63,996 bases of DNA, filler included, from Chiloscyllium plagiosum (GCF_004010195.1; 4 parts of one record of this genome joined end to end with filler, not necessarily neighbours in it), one strand, 5' to 3'; numbered from the whole stretch's first letter, positions 25,081-39,879 are shown. A program made the numbers and translations. The notes: generated from the letters alone by a model not told the origin.

Positions 25081-25765
25081 AAATTGCCACGAGTGTTAGG
25101 TGCATTTGTCTGAGGGTGGGGGTGGGTTGCTCTTCGGAGAGTCGGTGTGGACTTGTTGTTCCGAAGGGCCTGTTTCCACAATGTAGGGAATCTAATAACA
25201 CGTTTTCATACATTCCTTCATAAAACCGCAGTTCAGTTGTATCCAAATTTAAAAACAATCCTTTCAAAACCATTACTGCATTCTCACACCTTTGTTTACC
25301 TCTGAATAAGTGTGGCATACAGAACAATACCATCCCCATCATGTCTCCACGAAATATGATAATATTAATCAGCCCTTACCAACCATCTCCTGGACCTGAA
25401 TAGATTAAGTACCTGTTAAATACCTTTTAACTGGGCCATTATCCCTTTAAGAAACTGACAAAACAGAGCTTGCATGAAATTGCATGAATGAATGGAACTG
25501 GTGCCAACAAATAGTAAATAAATCTCACCACCGCTGCAGTAATCACATTAATATCCTTTATTCTTTTATTACAATATCTAACTTATTTAGAGCATATAGG
25601 CCTAGCATTTTTACTAATACTTACTCATTTTAAAGACAAACATGCCAACACCTCCTAATTATGCAGGCAGGCTGGACAGACATCCCATCAGAAGTAACAG
25701 GTTGCATTTAACATGTTTCAACACATCTCCTGTCTCCCAGGACAGAAGCCCTTCAAATCTTTGTG

Positions 25766-26092
25766 TAGATTAGATTAGATTCCCTACAGTATGGAAACAG
25801 GCCCTTTGGCCCAACAAGTCCACACCGACCCTCCGAAGAATAACCCACCCAGATCCATTCCCCATATTTATCCTTGACTAATGCACCTAACACTGGGCAA
25901 TTTAGTATGACCAATTCACCTAACTGCACATCTTTGGATTGTGGGACAAAACTGGAGCATCTGGAGGAAACCCACGCAGACACAGGGAGAATGTGCAAAC
26001 TCCACACACATAGTCACCCAAGGGTGGAATCAAACCCAGGTCCCTGGCACTGTGAGGCAGTAGTGCTAACCACTGAGCCACTGTGCCACCCC
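25766..26092 (-). mobile_element. HE1-type V-SINE
   Basis: Reverse complement of the element at 9129 and 56496. Confidence 0.9.
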
Positions 26093-26848
26093 ATTGCAAC
26101 TGCAAGCACACGGTCACTTTACATAAGGAATTAGAGTCACTTCAGATTTTGTGCTAATAACTGAGTTGAATTTAAACTGTCATGTAATCTATTGAATTTA
26201 AATGTCATGTAATCTAACTTGCATTAAAGGCCAGAAGAGCATTTGTGTAGTTGTTGCTTGCAGTGCTTCAGACAATAACAATTTACTCCTTTGCAACTGG
26301 TCAAAACTGTATGGTTTGTTTCATGAACTGTGTAAATTGTATGTGTATTATAGGTTTAAAAAAACTAACAATATAGTAATATAATTTTAATATATCTAAG
26401 AACTGTATATAAAGGGGCTCGTGTGAGAATGATATCTCAGGATTCTACTGCTTCCTTGAATTTGGGCTGTGATTGCTGAATAACAAGGGTATTTTTACCC
26501 CGCACTGATTTTGGTCGTTATTTGAACATGATCCCATAACGTCCTGAAGTCATTTGAATGGCATCGCAAAGCTGAGATAATTTTACAGACTAATGAGAGG
26601 AACCTTGTATCTTCTCACTTCTGTGGAACCTAAAGGCTTCCAGCTGAAAGAAAATAAAACTTCCAGTTATGTTGCACCATTCATGAATATGGGTTCCTAA
26701 TTTGCAGTGTAGACACTGTTGTAATATCAGCCAATTATGCACACCAAGTTCCCACAAACCATATTGAAATAGTGGCAAAAAATACCTTTTGTGTGATGTT
26801 TATTGAAGGATAAGTATTAACTGGGAGACCATGGGGATAACTCAGTTA

Positions 26849-27084
26849 GGCAAAAGTAGGTACTGCAGATGCTGTAGATTAGAGATAAGATTTGAGTAGT
26901 GCTGGAAAAGCACAGCAGGTCAGGCATCATCGGAGGAGCAGGAAAATCAACATTTTGGACAAAAGCCCTTTTTCAGGAATGACAGGAATGATTCCTGATG
27001 AAGGGCTTTTGCCCAAAACATTGATTTTCCTGCTCCTCCGATGGTGCCTGACCTACTGTGCTTTTCCAGCACCACTCTAACCTT
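26849..27084. mobile_element. Palindromic Penelope pseudo-LTR pair with 14-bp target-site duplication
   Basis: Two inverted pseudo-LTR copies; GGATAACTCAGTTA at 26835-26848 and 27085-27098. Confidence 0.85.
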
Positions 27085-27552
27085 GGATAACTCAGTTACT
27101 CTTCTTCTTCAAAATTGAACACCTCAGGGAACTCTGACATGTGGGAGCACGCCTCCTATTCTGTTCAAGGTAAAATCTCCAAGAAACTGCACCTTTGCTC
27201 AGCTGAGCCAAACTGTGTCTGTACTCCATAGTTCAGTGGAGAACTATTGCAAGAAAACAATTTCACGAAAGTTTACAACAGTACCAGAGTCCTTCTGTCT
27301 CTGATACTTCCTCCTGTGCATTGGTGTCATGATTAGCACTGTGTTATGTCCACTGTTTGAGCATTCTGAAATTTGGGGGCATAGTCTCAAGTTTAGGATC
27401 AGACCATTCAGGACAGATGTTCGGAGGCACTTTTATACCACAGCAGTGGATGCTAGATCACTAGTTACTGTTAGATCTGAGATAAATAAATGTTTGTTAA
27501 GCAAACGCATTAGGGGATATGAGCCAAAGACAGATATATGGAGTTACGTCAA

Positions 27553-29188
27553 AAGTACAAAAGGGTAACTCGGGAGAGAATGGGACCCCTCAAAGATCAT
27601 CAAGGCGACCTTTGTATGGAGCCGCAGAAAATGGGGGTGATACTAAATGAGTATTTTGCATCAGTATTTACAGTGGAAAAGGATATGGAAGATATAGAAT
27701 GTAGGGAAATAGAAGATCTGAAATGCCGGGAAATAGATGGTGACATTTTGCAAAATGTCCATATTACAGAGGAGGAAGAGCTGGATGTCTTGAAATGGGT
27801 AAAAGTGGATAATTCCCCAGAACCTGATCAGGTGTATCTTAGAACTCTGTGGGAAGCTAGGGAAGTGATTGATGGGCTTCTTGCTGAGATATTTGTATCA
27901 TCGATAATCACAGGTGAGGTGCCGGAAGACTGGAGGTTGGCTAACGTGGTGCCACTGTTTAAGAAGGGTGGTAAGGACAAGCCAGGGAACTACAGACCAG
28001 TGAGCCTGACGTCGGTGGTGGGCAAGTTGTTGGAGGGAATTCTGAGGGACAGAATGTATATGTATTCAGAAAGGCAAGGACTGTTTTGGGATAGTCAACA
28101 TGGCTTTGTGTGTGGGAAATCATGTCTCACAAACTTGATTGAGTTTTTTGAAGAAGTAACAAAGAGGATTGATGAGGGCAGAGTGGTAGATGTGATCTAT
28201 ATGGACTCCAGTAAGGCGTTCGATGAGGTTCCCCATGGGAGACTGGTTAGCAAGGTTAGATCTCACGGAATACAGGGAGAACTAGCCATTTGGATACAGA
28301 ACTGGCTCAAAGGTAGAAGAAGAGGATGGTGGTGGAGGGTTGTTTTTCAGACTGAAGGCCTGTAACCAGTGGAGTGCCACAAGGATCAGTGCTCTATTTT
28401 TCATAATTTATATAAATGATTTTAATGTGAACATAAGAGGTATATTTAGTAAGTTTGCAGATGACACCAAAATTGGAGGTGTAGTGGACAGCAAAGAAGG
28501 TTATCTCAAATTACAGTGGGATCTTGATCAGATGAGCCAATGGGCTGAGAAGTGACAGAGGGAGTTTTATTCAGATAAATGCGAGGTGCTGCATTTTGGG
28601 AAAGCAAATCTTAGCAGGACTTATACATTTAATGGTAAGATCCGAGGGAGTGTTGCTGAACAAAGAGACATTGGAGTGCAGGTTCATAGCTCCTTGAAAG
28701 TGGAGTCACAGGTAGATAGGATATTGAAGAATGCGTTTGATATGCTTTCCTTTATTGGTCAGAGTCTCGAGTACAGGAGTTGAGAGGTCATGTTGCGGCT
28801 GTACAGGACATTGGTTAGAGAGGTTTACAAAATTATGAGGAGCATGGACAGGATAAATAGACAAAGTCTTTTCCCTGGGGTGGGGTGTCCAGAACTAGAG
28901 GGCATAGGTTTAGGGTGTGAGGGGAAAGATGTAAAAGAGACCTGAGGGGTAACTTTTTCATGCAGAAGGTGGTACGTGTATGGAATGAGCTGCCAGACGA
29001 AGTGGTGGAGGCTGATACAATTGCAACATTTGAGAGGCATTTGGATGGGTATATGAATAGGAAGGGTTTGGAAGGATATGGGCCGGGTGTTGGCAGGTGG
29101 GACTGGATTAGGTTGGGATATCTGGTCAGCATGGACAAGTTGGACTGAAGGGTCTGTTTCCGTACTGTACATCTCTATGACTATGACT
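27553..29188 (+). mobile_element. CR1 LINE ORF2 (RT) to 3' end, with stops, frameshifts and an internal deletion near 28820
   Basis: ORFs 27538-28365, 28340-28555, 28586-28783 and 28960-29148; near-identical to 1-1468. Confidence 0.95.
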
Positions 29189-32100
29189 CAAAGATTAGCC
29201 ATTAAAACTCATTGAATGGCGGAACAGGTTGGAGGGGGTGAATATCCTATTGCTCCAAACTAGGGAGCCAGCAATATTAGTAAGTCAATAGCAAAAAACA
29301 TAAAATGAAATTAGAAGAAAGATATTTATCTGGAGATTGGTGCGAATGTGGAACTCACTAAAGCAGGGTTTGTTGAGTTTAACAGTTGTATTTAGGGGAA
29401 ACTAAATAAGGATATGTTAGAGAAGTGAATAGAAGGTCATGCTGATTGAACAAGGTGAGGAGCTGTGAGTGGTGACTGGAATGGTGCAGAAGTAACAGCC
29501 TGAACTGGTTGGGCTGACTGACAAGTTGCTGTGCTGTATATTCTGTGTCATTCTACAACATTATGTATTTTACTGACAGCAAATATGGAAAGAATCAAAG
29601 TAGCTACAACGTTGAAAGATACCGTAAATCTCATCAGGCATTAAATGGTTGCAAACCCTTATTTAACTAATGGAAATATGATTCACTAAACCCACTGGCA
29701 TTTACTAAACTTCAAAAGATGTCTCAAATAGACAGACAAGGCTCGAGTTTTACTTGCCCTCCCCAGCCCTGGGCAGAAATGTGATGTCACGGATCATCTG
29801 CACTTTACACAAACTGACTGATTTCCATTTCCAATGAAATCCAATTTAAGACAGTAAGTTCAAAATGATCTTTTCCTCATTATTAATGCTCCCTCCTGAA
29901 AAAGAATCATATTTGGGGAGTTCGAACAATAGCAGGCCTTCAAGGAACATGAAATCGGTATACGCTACCAAATATTTTGTGTAGCTATATATAAATATAT
30001 AAATATGGATGCACCTACACAAGTGCAGAACTATCTACTCATCTCTGATTTCAGTAAAGGATAATGAGAGAAGTGTACCCCTACCCAATATCGCCTGATG
30101 TTGAAATCAATGGAAAGGTCAATTATACATGATTGGATGTGATTGACCACAGGCAGCTAATTCTATATCACCCATTTAGTACTGTTTCGCAAAGTTAAAA
30201 CTGTCTTCACTGATTGTTTAAAAGTTCCATTCTAATCTGATGTTATTGAAAAGAAAATCTATTATTTCAGTGGAGAACTATTGCAAGATAACTATTTCAC
30301 TGAAGTTTACAAACAGTATCATTAACCATAGAAGTGAAACTCAAACAGCAAGCCTTTAACAAAGTCTAACATTTAAATCATTTCTGAAAACCTAATGTGA
30401 TTTAAGCTTTAAATTATGACGGAAGACAGTGAAATAAATTTTTAATTGTCTCATTTCGTATATTCTCACTGACACTTGATGTCAAAGAACTTGTGCTAAA
30501 TTCTCCCTCTATTGCTAATAATGCTGCTCATATTTTGCAATATAAAACCTGACTTTCTTTCAGCAAGTAACCATGCCATATCATCAGATAATGAATATTG
30601 GTGTCTATTTGAGCTTTTCAATTTCAATTTCTTTAACAAAATCAATAAGAAGAGATTAAACAGACTATATTTACCATTTCAGAAACTGACCACTTCTGAT
30701 CATTTTCATGTCCTTTGAATTAATGTGTAAGGGCTTCAGAAAATCATTCTTTTGAAGCTGATCATATTATTACACTAAATGGAGAACATTAACATGTAAA
30801 CTGGATTCACATTTGGGTACCTGCTATTATTAATTAACACTGTTGAGAGTGACTGAAATGTATTTATATGCATATCTAGGAAAAACTGCCGATTAATCTG
30901 TTCCATTTTCACATTGAGACAAACACATGACAGTAGATAGTACTTGTTGTCAGTTAATTTACATAAACTTTACATTTTAATTGGGAAGTGTGACATTTCT
31001 GGTTGACACTTATACATATAACAATTGACAGTATGAAAGCAAGTTGTGTAAAAATGGGCCAAAGTTGAATAGTTTATTTACAAATGACTAAACTTTTAGT
31101 TTATCCCTATAAGAAAACTCCAAACAAGCATTAACACAGTATTGCCACCTGGATGCAGCATTTTATAAAACCTGGTTTAGTTTGATTGATAAGTAGCTGA
31201 ATAACAATGCAGAGAAAAATTGTTTCCTTTTATACTTCATTTACTAACATGCCCCATCCTTTACTATCAATCCCAGACCAAGGTATCTTGCAGACATTCC
31301 TGTCGCTGCAATTAATAAAGATTATTTGAAGCTGCGTTGAACAGCAATGGTCCATAAGACAAATGTTAATCTGAATGATATGATGTTCATTCATGTTTTT
31401 GAGAAACTGCAGGCACTGAAATGTTCTACCATATAAAACTCAAATTCAATTCAAGAAAAATCAAAAAAACTTCCACCCACTTTCTCCCACCTTTGCCTTA
31501 ATGTTAGAATCACTTCGCATTGATATTATTGCCATTGAACAGCATGTTTAAGAATTGAAGGAATGGTGTAGCTGTAACAAACAGCAAGTAATTCATCCTC
31601 ATGCTGGTCTGCTAAGTATGCCGCTATTCAATTGTTTGTACCAACACATATTGCTTCATATTGCATTCTCCTTGCAAGTGAAAACATTTATGATGTACAT
31701 GGCATTGCTGGCCAGGCTCAGGGACAACTAAACACCAGTCACATTGCTGTGGGTCTGGAGTCCCAAAATGGCCGGACTAGGTAAGGTCGGTATGTACCTT
31801 TCCTGAAGGACAGTGGCGAAGTAGATGGGGTTTTCTGATAAGTCAAAGTCAAAGCAAAGCTACCATCAACAATTTGATGGATATCATGTATTTCCCTAAT
31901 CAACAGGAGGTGAGAGAAATTAAACCCATAGTGACTTTTACAATTTTTCACTGATTCACTCACTGTCTGTCAATCTATATGTGGATATTGAATATTTAAC
32001 TGAATGTTAGAATAGGTTCTAGCATAATCTGGGGTGACAGTCAGTATGATTCATTCAATAGGATGGTCACGAACATTACTACTTCGTAATAGGTCTGCTT

Positions 32101-34176
32101 CTCATTTCTTTGACTTGCTACTCCAGAAAAAAGTGAAATGACTAAATTGCAAAGGTCATTTACTTCTCATATTTGTCAGTCTATTGACTTATATATTCAT
32201 TATTTGCTAATTGATTTCTTCTCTAAAGGTTAAAATGATACATTTTCAATCGTGTAATTTTATTGCTTTAAATTCCTGAGTGAATCATTCTAACACAATC
32301 ATTTATAAACTTAGATATTTTCAGTACCAGAGGAAATCACTAAGTTCACTCTGTTTGCAATAGTTGAAAATATATTTTCAGCATCTGGCAGTAATTTGCT
32401 TTTATATTACAAAAATAGATCCACAGTTTTGGATCCATCCCCATAGCCCTTACATCTTCTACTGCTTGAAGTTTGGACCTAGAAAATGCAATGGTGTTGA
32501 CCTAAATGATTCCCTCAACCCTATTTGCTGAAGCAGAGGGCACAATCTCGTTTTATTCATGCGATCAGAATCCTTCGTCATTTTAAATGGGTTAATGACT
32601 GCCTTAAAATAGTGCCAACAGGAATTGAATGCAGACATAATAAGCCATGCACTAAAATATTCCACAAAGTGAATTAAACCCCAATTTATTAATGATGGTT
32701 GGATTTTACTTCCAAAAGTTAGTGTTGTCAGTACAATGTGCCTTTTGAAATCTGATTTAGTAATGGGCATTGGACAATATTTTTGCTGTCATATATTGAT
32801 ACAGCAGAATACATTATAGGTAGTATTCATCCAAAATGTGGATTCCCAGACAAAAACAGAAATTGCTGGACAAGCTAAGCAGGCCTGGCAGCATCTGAGG
32901 AGAGAAATCAGGGTTAACGTTTCGGATCGTCTGAGTCTTCTTCAGAATTGCTGCCAGACCTGTTGAGCTTACCCAGCAATTTCTGTTTTTTGTCCCTGAT
33001 TTACAACATCCACAGTTCTTTCAGTTTTTATGTAGACTTCCCAGCTTTGCTTTCTGAGAGAGTTAAAATAATGCAATAATGTAAATCCCACAAATTTGCC
33101 CAGGGACTAGAGTGGTCCATTGCAATCACGTTGGCAGAACATCAGTGACTGGATACACATTGAAACAGAGTTTCTACTGAAGATACAATAGCTAATCAGG
33201 ACAGCGTCAGTGGAAATATTCCAGTGAAGGATGTGAACACTGGGAAAAACAATGCATAGACATTGCTATGTTCCAAGCCCAATATCAGCCAAAGATTAAG
33301 CCCCTAGCTTTATTGTTATTTAGTCAAGTCATCAACATTTGTCATGCCTCCAAATCAGTTTGACCATTTTGAGAAAATAGCTATCAATATGTTAGTTTTC
33401 CAGGTTGTGGCTAGCCCCCTACGTTTTTGTTCATTTTTTTCTTCCCCCCATAAGTCTTGGAAGAGAGATAGAATGAATGAAGTACAATAGAATTGAAGAA
33501 ACGCTATTTCTATTTCTTGCTTCACAGCAATTATTTTTACAAGTTTTATATATTTTTTAAAAATCTCACTGCCTGCCAAGGTATCCTGACAGGAGCAAAC
33601 ACAATTTCTGTTACAGTAATTGTGAAATAATTTTAGCAAGGAAGTCGAGAATAGTCATCAGGCCCACCTGCCCATACCTTTTCTCTATTCATTTCTTGGC
33701 CATTAGTATCACAAGCTCAGCAACATTTGTCGTCCATCTCAAATTGCTGGAAATCTGAAATTACAAAAAGGGATACCATGCTGAAACATTTCAGCAGGTC
33801 TGCCAGCACCTGCAGAGAAAGAAACAGAGTTAGTATTTGCATCTGATATAACTCCTCTTTGAACTGTTCATTTTATGAACACAGCCCAGTTCATCACGCA
33901 CACTAATCTTCCATCCATTGACTTTATCTCTACTTCTTGCTGCATCGGGTGGGCAATCAACATAATCAAAGATGTCTCCCACCCGAGTTATACTCCCTTC
34001 CTCTCTCTTCTATCATGTAGAAGCTGTAATGGTTTGCATGCACATCCAAACAGTTTCAAGGACAGCTTTTAACCTGCTGTTATCAGACTTTTGAATGGAC
34101 CACTTTAATGCTAATATTGCTCTCTCCCTGCACAATCTTGGCAGCTGTAATATTGTATCCTGCACTCTGTTCTGTT

Positions 34177-34985
34177 TCCCCCCCGACGTGGTTGACGATG
34201 CCCTCCACCGCATCTCTTCCACTTCCCGCTCCTCCGCCCTTGAACCCCGCCCCTCCAACCGCCACCAGGACAGAACCCCACTGGTCCTCACCTACCACCC
34301 CACCAATCTCCATGTAAAGCGCATCATCCGCCGTCATTTCCGCCACCTCCAAACGGACCCCACCACCAAGGATATATCTCGCCCCCCTCCTCTATCAGCT
34401 TTCCGTAGAGACCACTCCCTCCGCGACTCCCTTGTCAGATCCATACCCCCCACCAACCCAACCTCCACTCCCGGCACCTTCCACTGCAACCGCAGGAGGT
34501 GCAAGACTTGCGCCCACACCTCCCCCCTCACCTCCCTCCAAGGCCCCAAAGGAAACTTCCATACCCGCCACAGATTCACCTGCACCTCCACACACATCAT
34601 CTATTGCATCCTCTGCACACGATGTGGCCTCCTCTATATTGGGGAGACAGACCGNNNNNNNNNNNNNNNNNNNNNNNNNNNNNNNNNNNNNNNNNNNNNN
34701 NNNNNNTGCAATCTTCTTCCCGCCCTCTCCGCCCCCACCCCAGTCTGACCTTTCACCCTCACCTTGACCTCTTTCCACCTATCACATTTCCGACGCCCCT
34801 CCCCCAAGTCCCTCCTCCCTACCTTTTATCTTAGCCTGCTGGACAAACTTTCCTCATTCCTGAAGAAGGGCTTATGCCCGAAACGTCGATTCTCCTGTTC
34901 CCTGGATGCTGCCTGACCTGCTGCGCTTTTCCAGCAACACATTTCCAGCTCTGATCTCCAGCATCTGCAGACCTCACGTTCTCCT
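34177..34985 (+). mobile_element. Penelope-like element 3' part with hammerhead core (34860-34887)
   Basis: PLVLTYHP...CNRRRCKTC...IIYCILCTRCGLLYIGET; CTGAAGAAGGGCTTATGCCCGAAACGTC. Confidence 0.92.
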
Positions 34986-36766
34986 CTGTTCTGTTACCCT
35001 TGTATAGCATGATCTGCCTACAAGCACAAAAGACAGCACTTTTCATGATATCTTGATACATGTGACAATAATAAATCAAACCAAACATGTAGGAGTTTGG
35101 AAGAATAAGGACGAACTAGATTGAAACATAAAGTTCTGAGGGTTTTTCACAGGATCATTATGGAAAGGATATTTCCTTCTCTTGATCCATCTAAACAAAG
35201 GGGTCAGTTTTTAAAATAAGCAATTGCCCATTGAAGACACAGATGAGGAAATCTGTTTACTCCAGAGAAGGTTGTGAATTGTTCAAGCTCCCTTCCTCAA
35301 AAGGTTGTGTAAGCAGTGTTTTCGAATATTTGAAGGCAGAGGATGATAGATTCCTAGTAAGCAGGAGGTGAAGTGTTATCAGATTAGGCTGGAATGTTGA
35401 GTAATCAGATAAACCACGGTCCTTTTGAATGGTGGGAACGGCCTGAGGGGATGCAATGAAAGAAGGAGATCCATAATTAAAGCTCTGGATGAGGCAGGAG
35501 AATTTATTGAGGCCTCAGAAGCCTAGATTTGTTCAGAGAAAGCAGTTTAGGTCAATGGGAAATTCTATTAAAATTATAGGATGATGGTTTTATGTGAGGC
35601 ACTGCGGACAGTGTAAATTGAACCTTAATTAAAATGGGTTTCAGCTCTGAAATTGCAGGTGGCAGGATCCATTCAGTAAAAGGTTTAAAGTGAATTGGTA
35701 TTGTTTATTAGGCTCTGAAAGGTAAGAGGTATCAACCTTAGCTTTGGGAGGTGGGAATCCCCTATGAATGATGAAAATTGGAACCATCAATTTTAGCTTC
35801 AGAAGATGGAAAGCCCCCATCTCTGACCACAAATTAAAGGAAAACTGTTCCAATGCAACTTGACAAAGAGGCAGTATTACAATTGTGCAGCATTAAAAAT
35901 CTTTAAATCAAGAAGCATAAAACTGCATTGTTCCATTTCAGAACTGAGAGGAAAATAATAAAACATAGCTATGCAGACAAATTAAAAGTCTTTGAGGCAA
36001 TGAGAACAAAACAACACTGAGCTACTACGTAAATGAAGAACTTTAAAGTGAGAAGCATGCATAATCTTCAAGAATGAAATGGCAGTAGAAATAATATTGC
36101 CAGGAAGATTTAATTTCTGGGATGGGTCAAATAGAACATATAAATCAACATCTTTTATTAAATATTCTTATGATAGAGAACTGTTTTTTTTTCTAGACAA
36201 TAAATCTGCAGCTGAACAAGCAAATATCTTTTTGTAACTCAAGTGGAATTTTGGCTAATGAGATGATAGCTCCCTGAGGCATATGAAAGACGCATATAGT
36301 GCAATAAGCATTTAATGACTACATTAACCTTAGAACATAAAATTCACTAAAAGAACAAGATTCAACAAGAGAGTTCAGGATCCAACTCATCCCATAGATA
36401 ATTCTATTAATGGTCCCAACAAAATGTATGAAAAAATGAGGTGTAAAGTCAGAATTAATAACAGACAGAATTGTTGGTGGTGAAAGGTAGAACAGCTTTG
36501 AACCATGAGCAAAACAGACTTAACGTTTAGGACTCATCAAAGTCTTTGCAGAAGTATCCAATATACCAATGGGACTGATAACTGATCGTGTAATAAATGA
36601 TATCTGTTTCAGACAAGCTTTTTTCTCACTAGACTATCTAGAGCTTTTCCTTTACCAGACTAAACAGAACAAGCTCTGCAGGCCACAACCTAAGAGAATA
36701 TTGATATCAAGTTTATTGATGGTGAGTGAGAATCTAATTAGTCTATTCAGCTTCATGTCAAGTGGT

Positions 36767-37076
36767 CTAGATTAGAGTGGTGCTGGAAAAGCACAGCAGG
36801 TCAGGCAGCATCCAAGGAGCAGGAGCTTTTATCTGAAACGTCGATTTTCCTGCAATACCTTCTCCCACCCTCCTCTCTGACCTATCACCTTCATCCCCAT
36901 CCCCACCCACCTCTTGTACTCTTTGCTACCTTCTCCCCACCCCCACCCACTCCCATTTATCTCTCCAGCCTGAAGGCTCCCTGCCTTTAGTCCTGATGCC
37001 CGAAACGTTGATTTTCCTGCACACCATTCTAATCTAGACTCTGATTTCCAGCACCTGCAGTCCTCACTTTTGCCTG
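36767..37076. mobile_element. Penelope pseudo-LTR inverted pair with 13-bp target-site duplication
   Basis: CATGTCAAGTGGT at 36754-36766 and 37077-37089. Confidence 0.8.
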
Positions 37077-38014
37077 CATGTCAAGTGGTGGTCATCTGAA
37101 TGCTTAAGTTACTGCAACAGTAATACTCAAAACTCTGCAACAAACACAAATAATGGGTTTGAATTTAAAACAGTCATTTGGCACTTGGAAGTGAGGCATG
37201 GAAAATAAACTTAGACTGAAGGAAGACTTAAATGAAAATATAAATGAATAGAATGAGTTGAATGAGGAAATATTGACTTCAATTGACAAGAAAGTTTCTG
37301 ACTTGTGAATACAGCAAGACACAAGGTAAAAGTGAGAGTATAAACATAAAGATGAGAGGAATAATTAAGGGAAATAAACCATGACTAAGCTTGCTAAAAG
37401 ATAACTAAAACCAGGTGTCAGAATGAACATTGAAACTGAACCAGTCAGCTAGCAAATGTTCAAATATGTTTCACTGCATTTGGTAAATCTCACATTAATT
37501 TCACGCCTTTATAGTTTTGCTTTTTATGAAAAGTGAACTACATCCTTGCATCCATTTTCAGCCTGAAATGCTTAGTGGGTGACACAACTCAGCTTCCTCC
37601 TGAAGTCCCCAGCATCACAGATGTCAGTCTTCAGGCAGTTTGATTCACTTCATGGGATATTGATAAACATCTGAAGGCACTGGATACTGGAAATGAGATG
37701 GGTCCTGTTGGCACCTAGGGAATAGTCTGAAGACTTGTACTGCAGAATTAGCCACGACCAGGTTCAAACTGTTTCAGTGTAGCTACAAAGCTAGCATCTG
37801 CCTGAAAATGTGGAAAATTGCCCAGGAATGTCCTGTCAAGGAAAAGCAGGACAAATCCAACCCAGTCAATTACCACCTTATCACCCTATTCCTGATTATC
37901 AACAAGCAATCATTGGCAGTGCTATTAAGCTGGTCTTGCTCACAGATGCTCCACTTGGGTCATAGCGTCATGGAGTCATACAGCATAGAAACTGACCCTT
38001 CGATTCAACTTGCC

Positions 38015-38705
38015 AAGTTTAATTTAAATAAATGTGAGGTGTTGCATTTTGGAAAGGCAAATCAGGACAGGACTTAATGGTACGGCCCCAGGAAGTGCTG
38101 CTGAACAAAGAGACCTTGGGGTATAGGTTCATAGTTCCTTGAAGGTTGAATCACAGGTAGACAGGGTAGTGAAGAAGGCATTTGGCATACTTGCCTTTGA
38201 TTGTGTATCGGAGTTGGGGTGTCATGTTGTAACTGTATAGCACACTTGGAAGACTGCATTCAATTCTGGTCTCCCTGAAATTGGAAAACTATTGTGAAAC
38301 TTGAAATGGTTCAGGAAAGATTTACAAGAATGTTGCCAGAGTTGGGGGATCTGAGCTACAGAGAGAGGCTGAAAACACTGGGGCTATTTTCCTTGGAGTG
38401 TTGGAGGCTGAGGGGTGACCTTATCGAAGTTTATAAAATCATGAGGGGCATTGGTAGAGGGAGTCAAAACGAGAGGGCACAAAATTCAGGTGAGAATGGA
38501 AAGATTTAAAAGGGACCTTAATGGGCAACTTTTTCATGCAGAGGATGGTGCATGTATGGAATGAGCTGCCAGAGGAAAGGGTGGAGGCTGGTACAATTAC
38601 AGCATTTAAAAGCTGCTTGGGTGGTTGTATGGATAGGGATAGTTTAGAGCGATATGGGCCAAATGCTGGCAAGTGGGACTAGACTAATTTGGAATATTGA
38701 GTCTG
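38015..38705 (+). mobile_element. CR1 3' fragment
   Basis: KCEVLHFGKAN; SYRERLKTLGLFSLECWRLRGDLIEVYKIMRG. Confidence 0.88.
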
Positions 38706-39623
38706 CACTGTGGGTGTCCTAATACCCATAGAGTCCAGTAGGTTGCAGAAGGCTGCTCATCGCCACACCTTCCAGAGTAATTTGATGTGGGACAATAATT
38801 GGTGCCTGGGCAGTGATGCTGAAATCCCAAATTCTACAACAACAGCACTGTTCACAAAATTTGTTGTTTTTTTTTCAAGTTACTGTGTTGTTTTTGTTTC
38901 AAAATTAAAGCTCACCAGCACATCTTTGAAGTAACTCTAGCAGATCAATTAATTCCCAGAAATCCACCATGGCTGGAGGTAAAGCAATTTGAGAGGTGAT
39001 ACGTCAGTGTACAGTACATTTGAACATGTGCTCATGTGTTCAATTACTTCAGTATCAACATTCTGGGGTTTACCATTGACTGGAAACTTAATTGGATGAG
39101 CCATATAAATATTGTTACTTCGAGGGCAGGTCAGACTTTAGGAAACCTGCAATGAGTAAATCATCTTCTCACTCCTCAAAGCCTGTCCACCATCTACAAA
39201 GTACATGTCAGGTGTGTGATGGAATACTCCCCACTTGCCTGGGTGACTGCAGTTTCCAACAATACTCAAGAAGCTTGACATCATCTCAGACAAAGTGACC
39301 CACTTTTTGGGACCACATTCTGTTCTTAATCTCAGTAGCAGTGATATGTACCACCTATAAGATGCACTGCAGATATACACCGATGCTCCTGAATTTATAC
39401 CTTCCAAACCCAAAAATACTGCCATTTAGAGGGACCAGATCAGCAGATGCATTGGAACACCATAAGCTGCAAGTTTTCCTTCAAGCCACTCACCATCCTG
39501 GTTACAGTATTGCTGCTTCTTCACTGTTCCTGGATCAAAATTCTGGAAATCCCTCCCCACTGGCGTTGTGGATTTACTTACACCAAATGGGCTGAAGTGG
39601 TTTAAGTTCGCAGTTCACTACCG

Positions 39624-39879
39624 TGGGCAGCACGGTGGCACAGTGGTTATCACTGCTGCCTCATAGCGCCAGAGATCCGGGTTCAATTCCTGTGCGGGTT
39701 TGCTCCAGTTTCCTCCCACAGTCCAAAAATGTGCAGGTCAGGTGAATTGGCCATGCTAAGTTGCCCGTAGTGTTAGGTGAAGGGGTAAATTTAGGGGAAT
39801 GGGTATGAGTGGGTTGCCCTTTGTAGGGTCGGTGTGGACTTGTTGGGCCGAAGGGCCTGTTTCCACACTGTAAGTAACC
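39624..39879 (+). mobile_element. HE1-type V-SINE with internal deletion
   Basis: Head and tail match 56496-56806. Confidence 0.85.

Noticed and set aside
27225..27250. Iron-responsive element or SECIS in the duplicated motif
   Set aside because: CAGTG is present but lacks the bulged C and 5-bp upper stem; SECIS helix spacing is not met.
33355..33460. Possible terminal exon of a minus-strand gene
   Set aside because: Weak AAG acceptor, no recognisable peptide in any frame, and no partner exons found.
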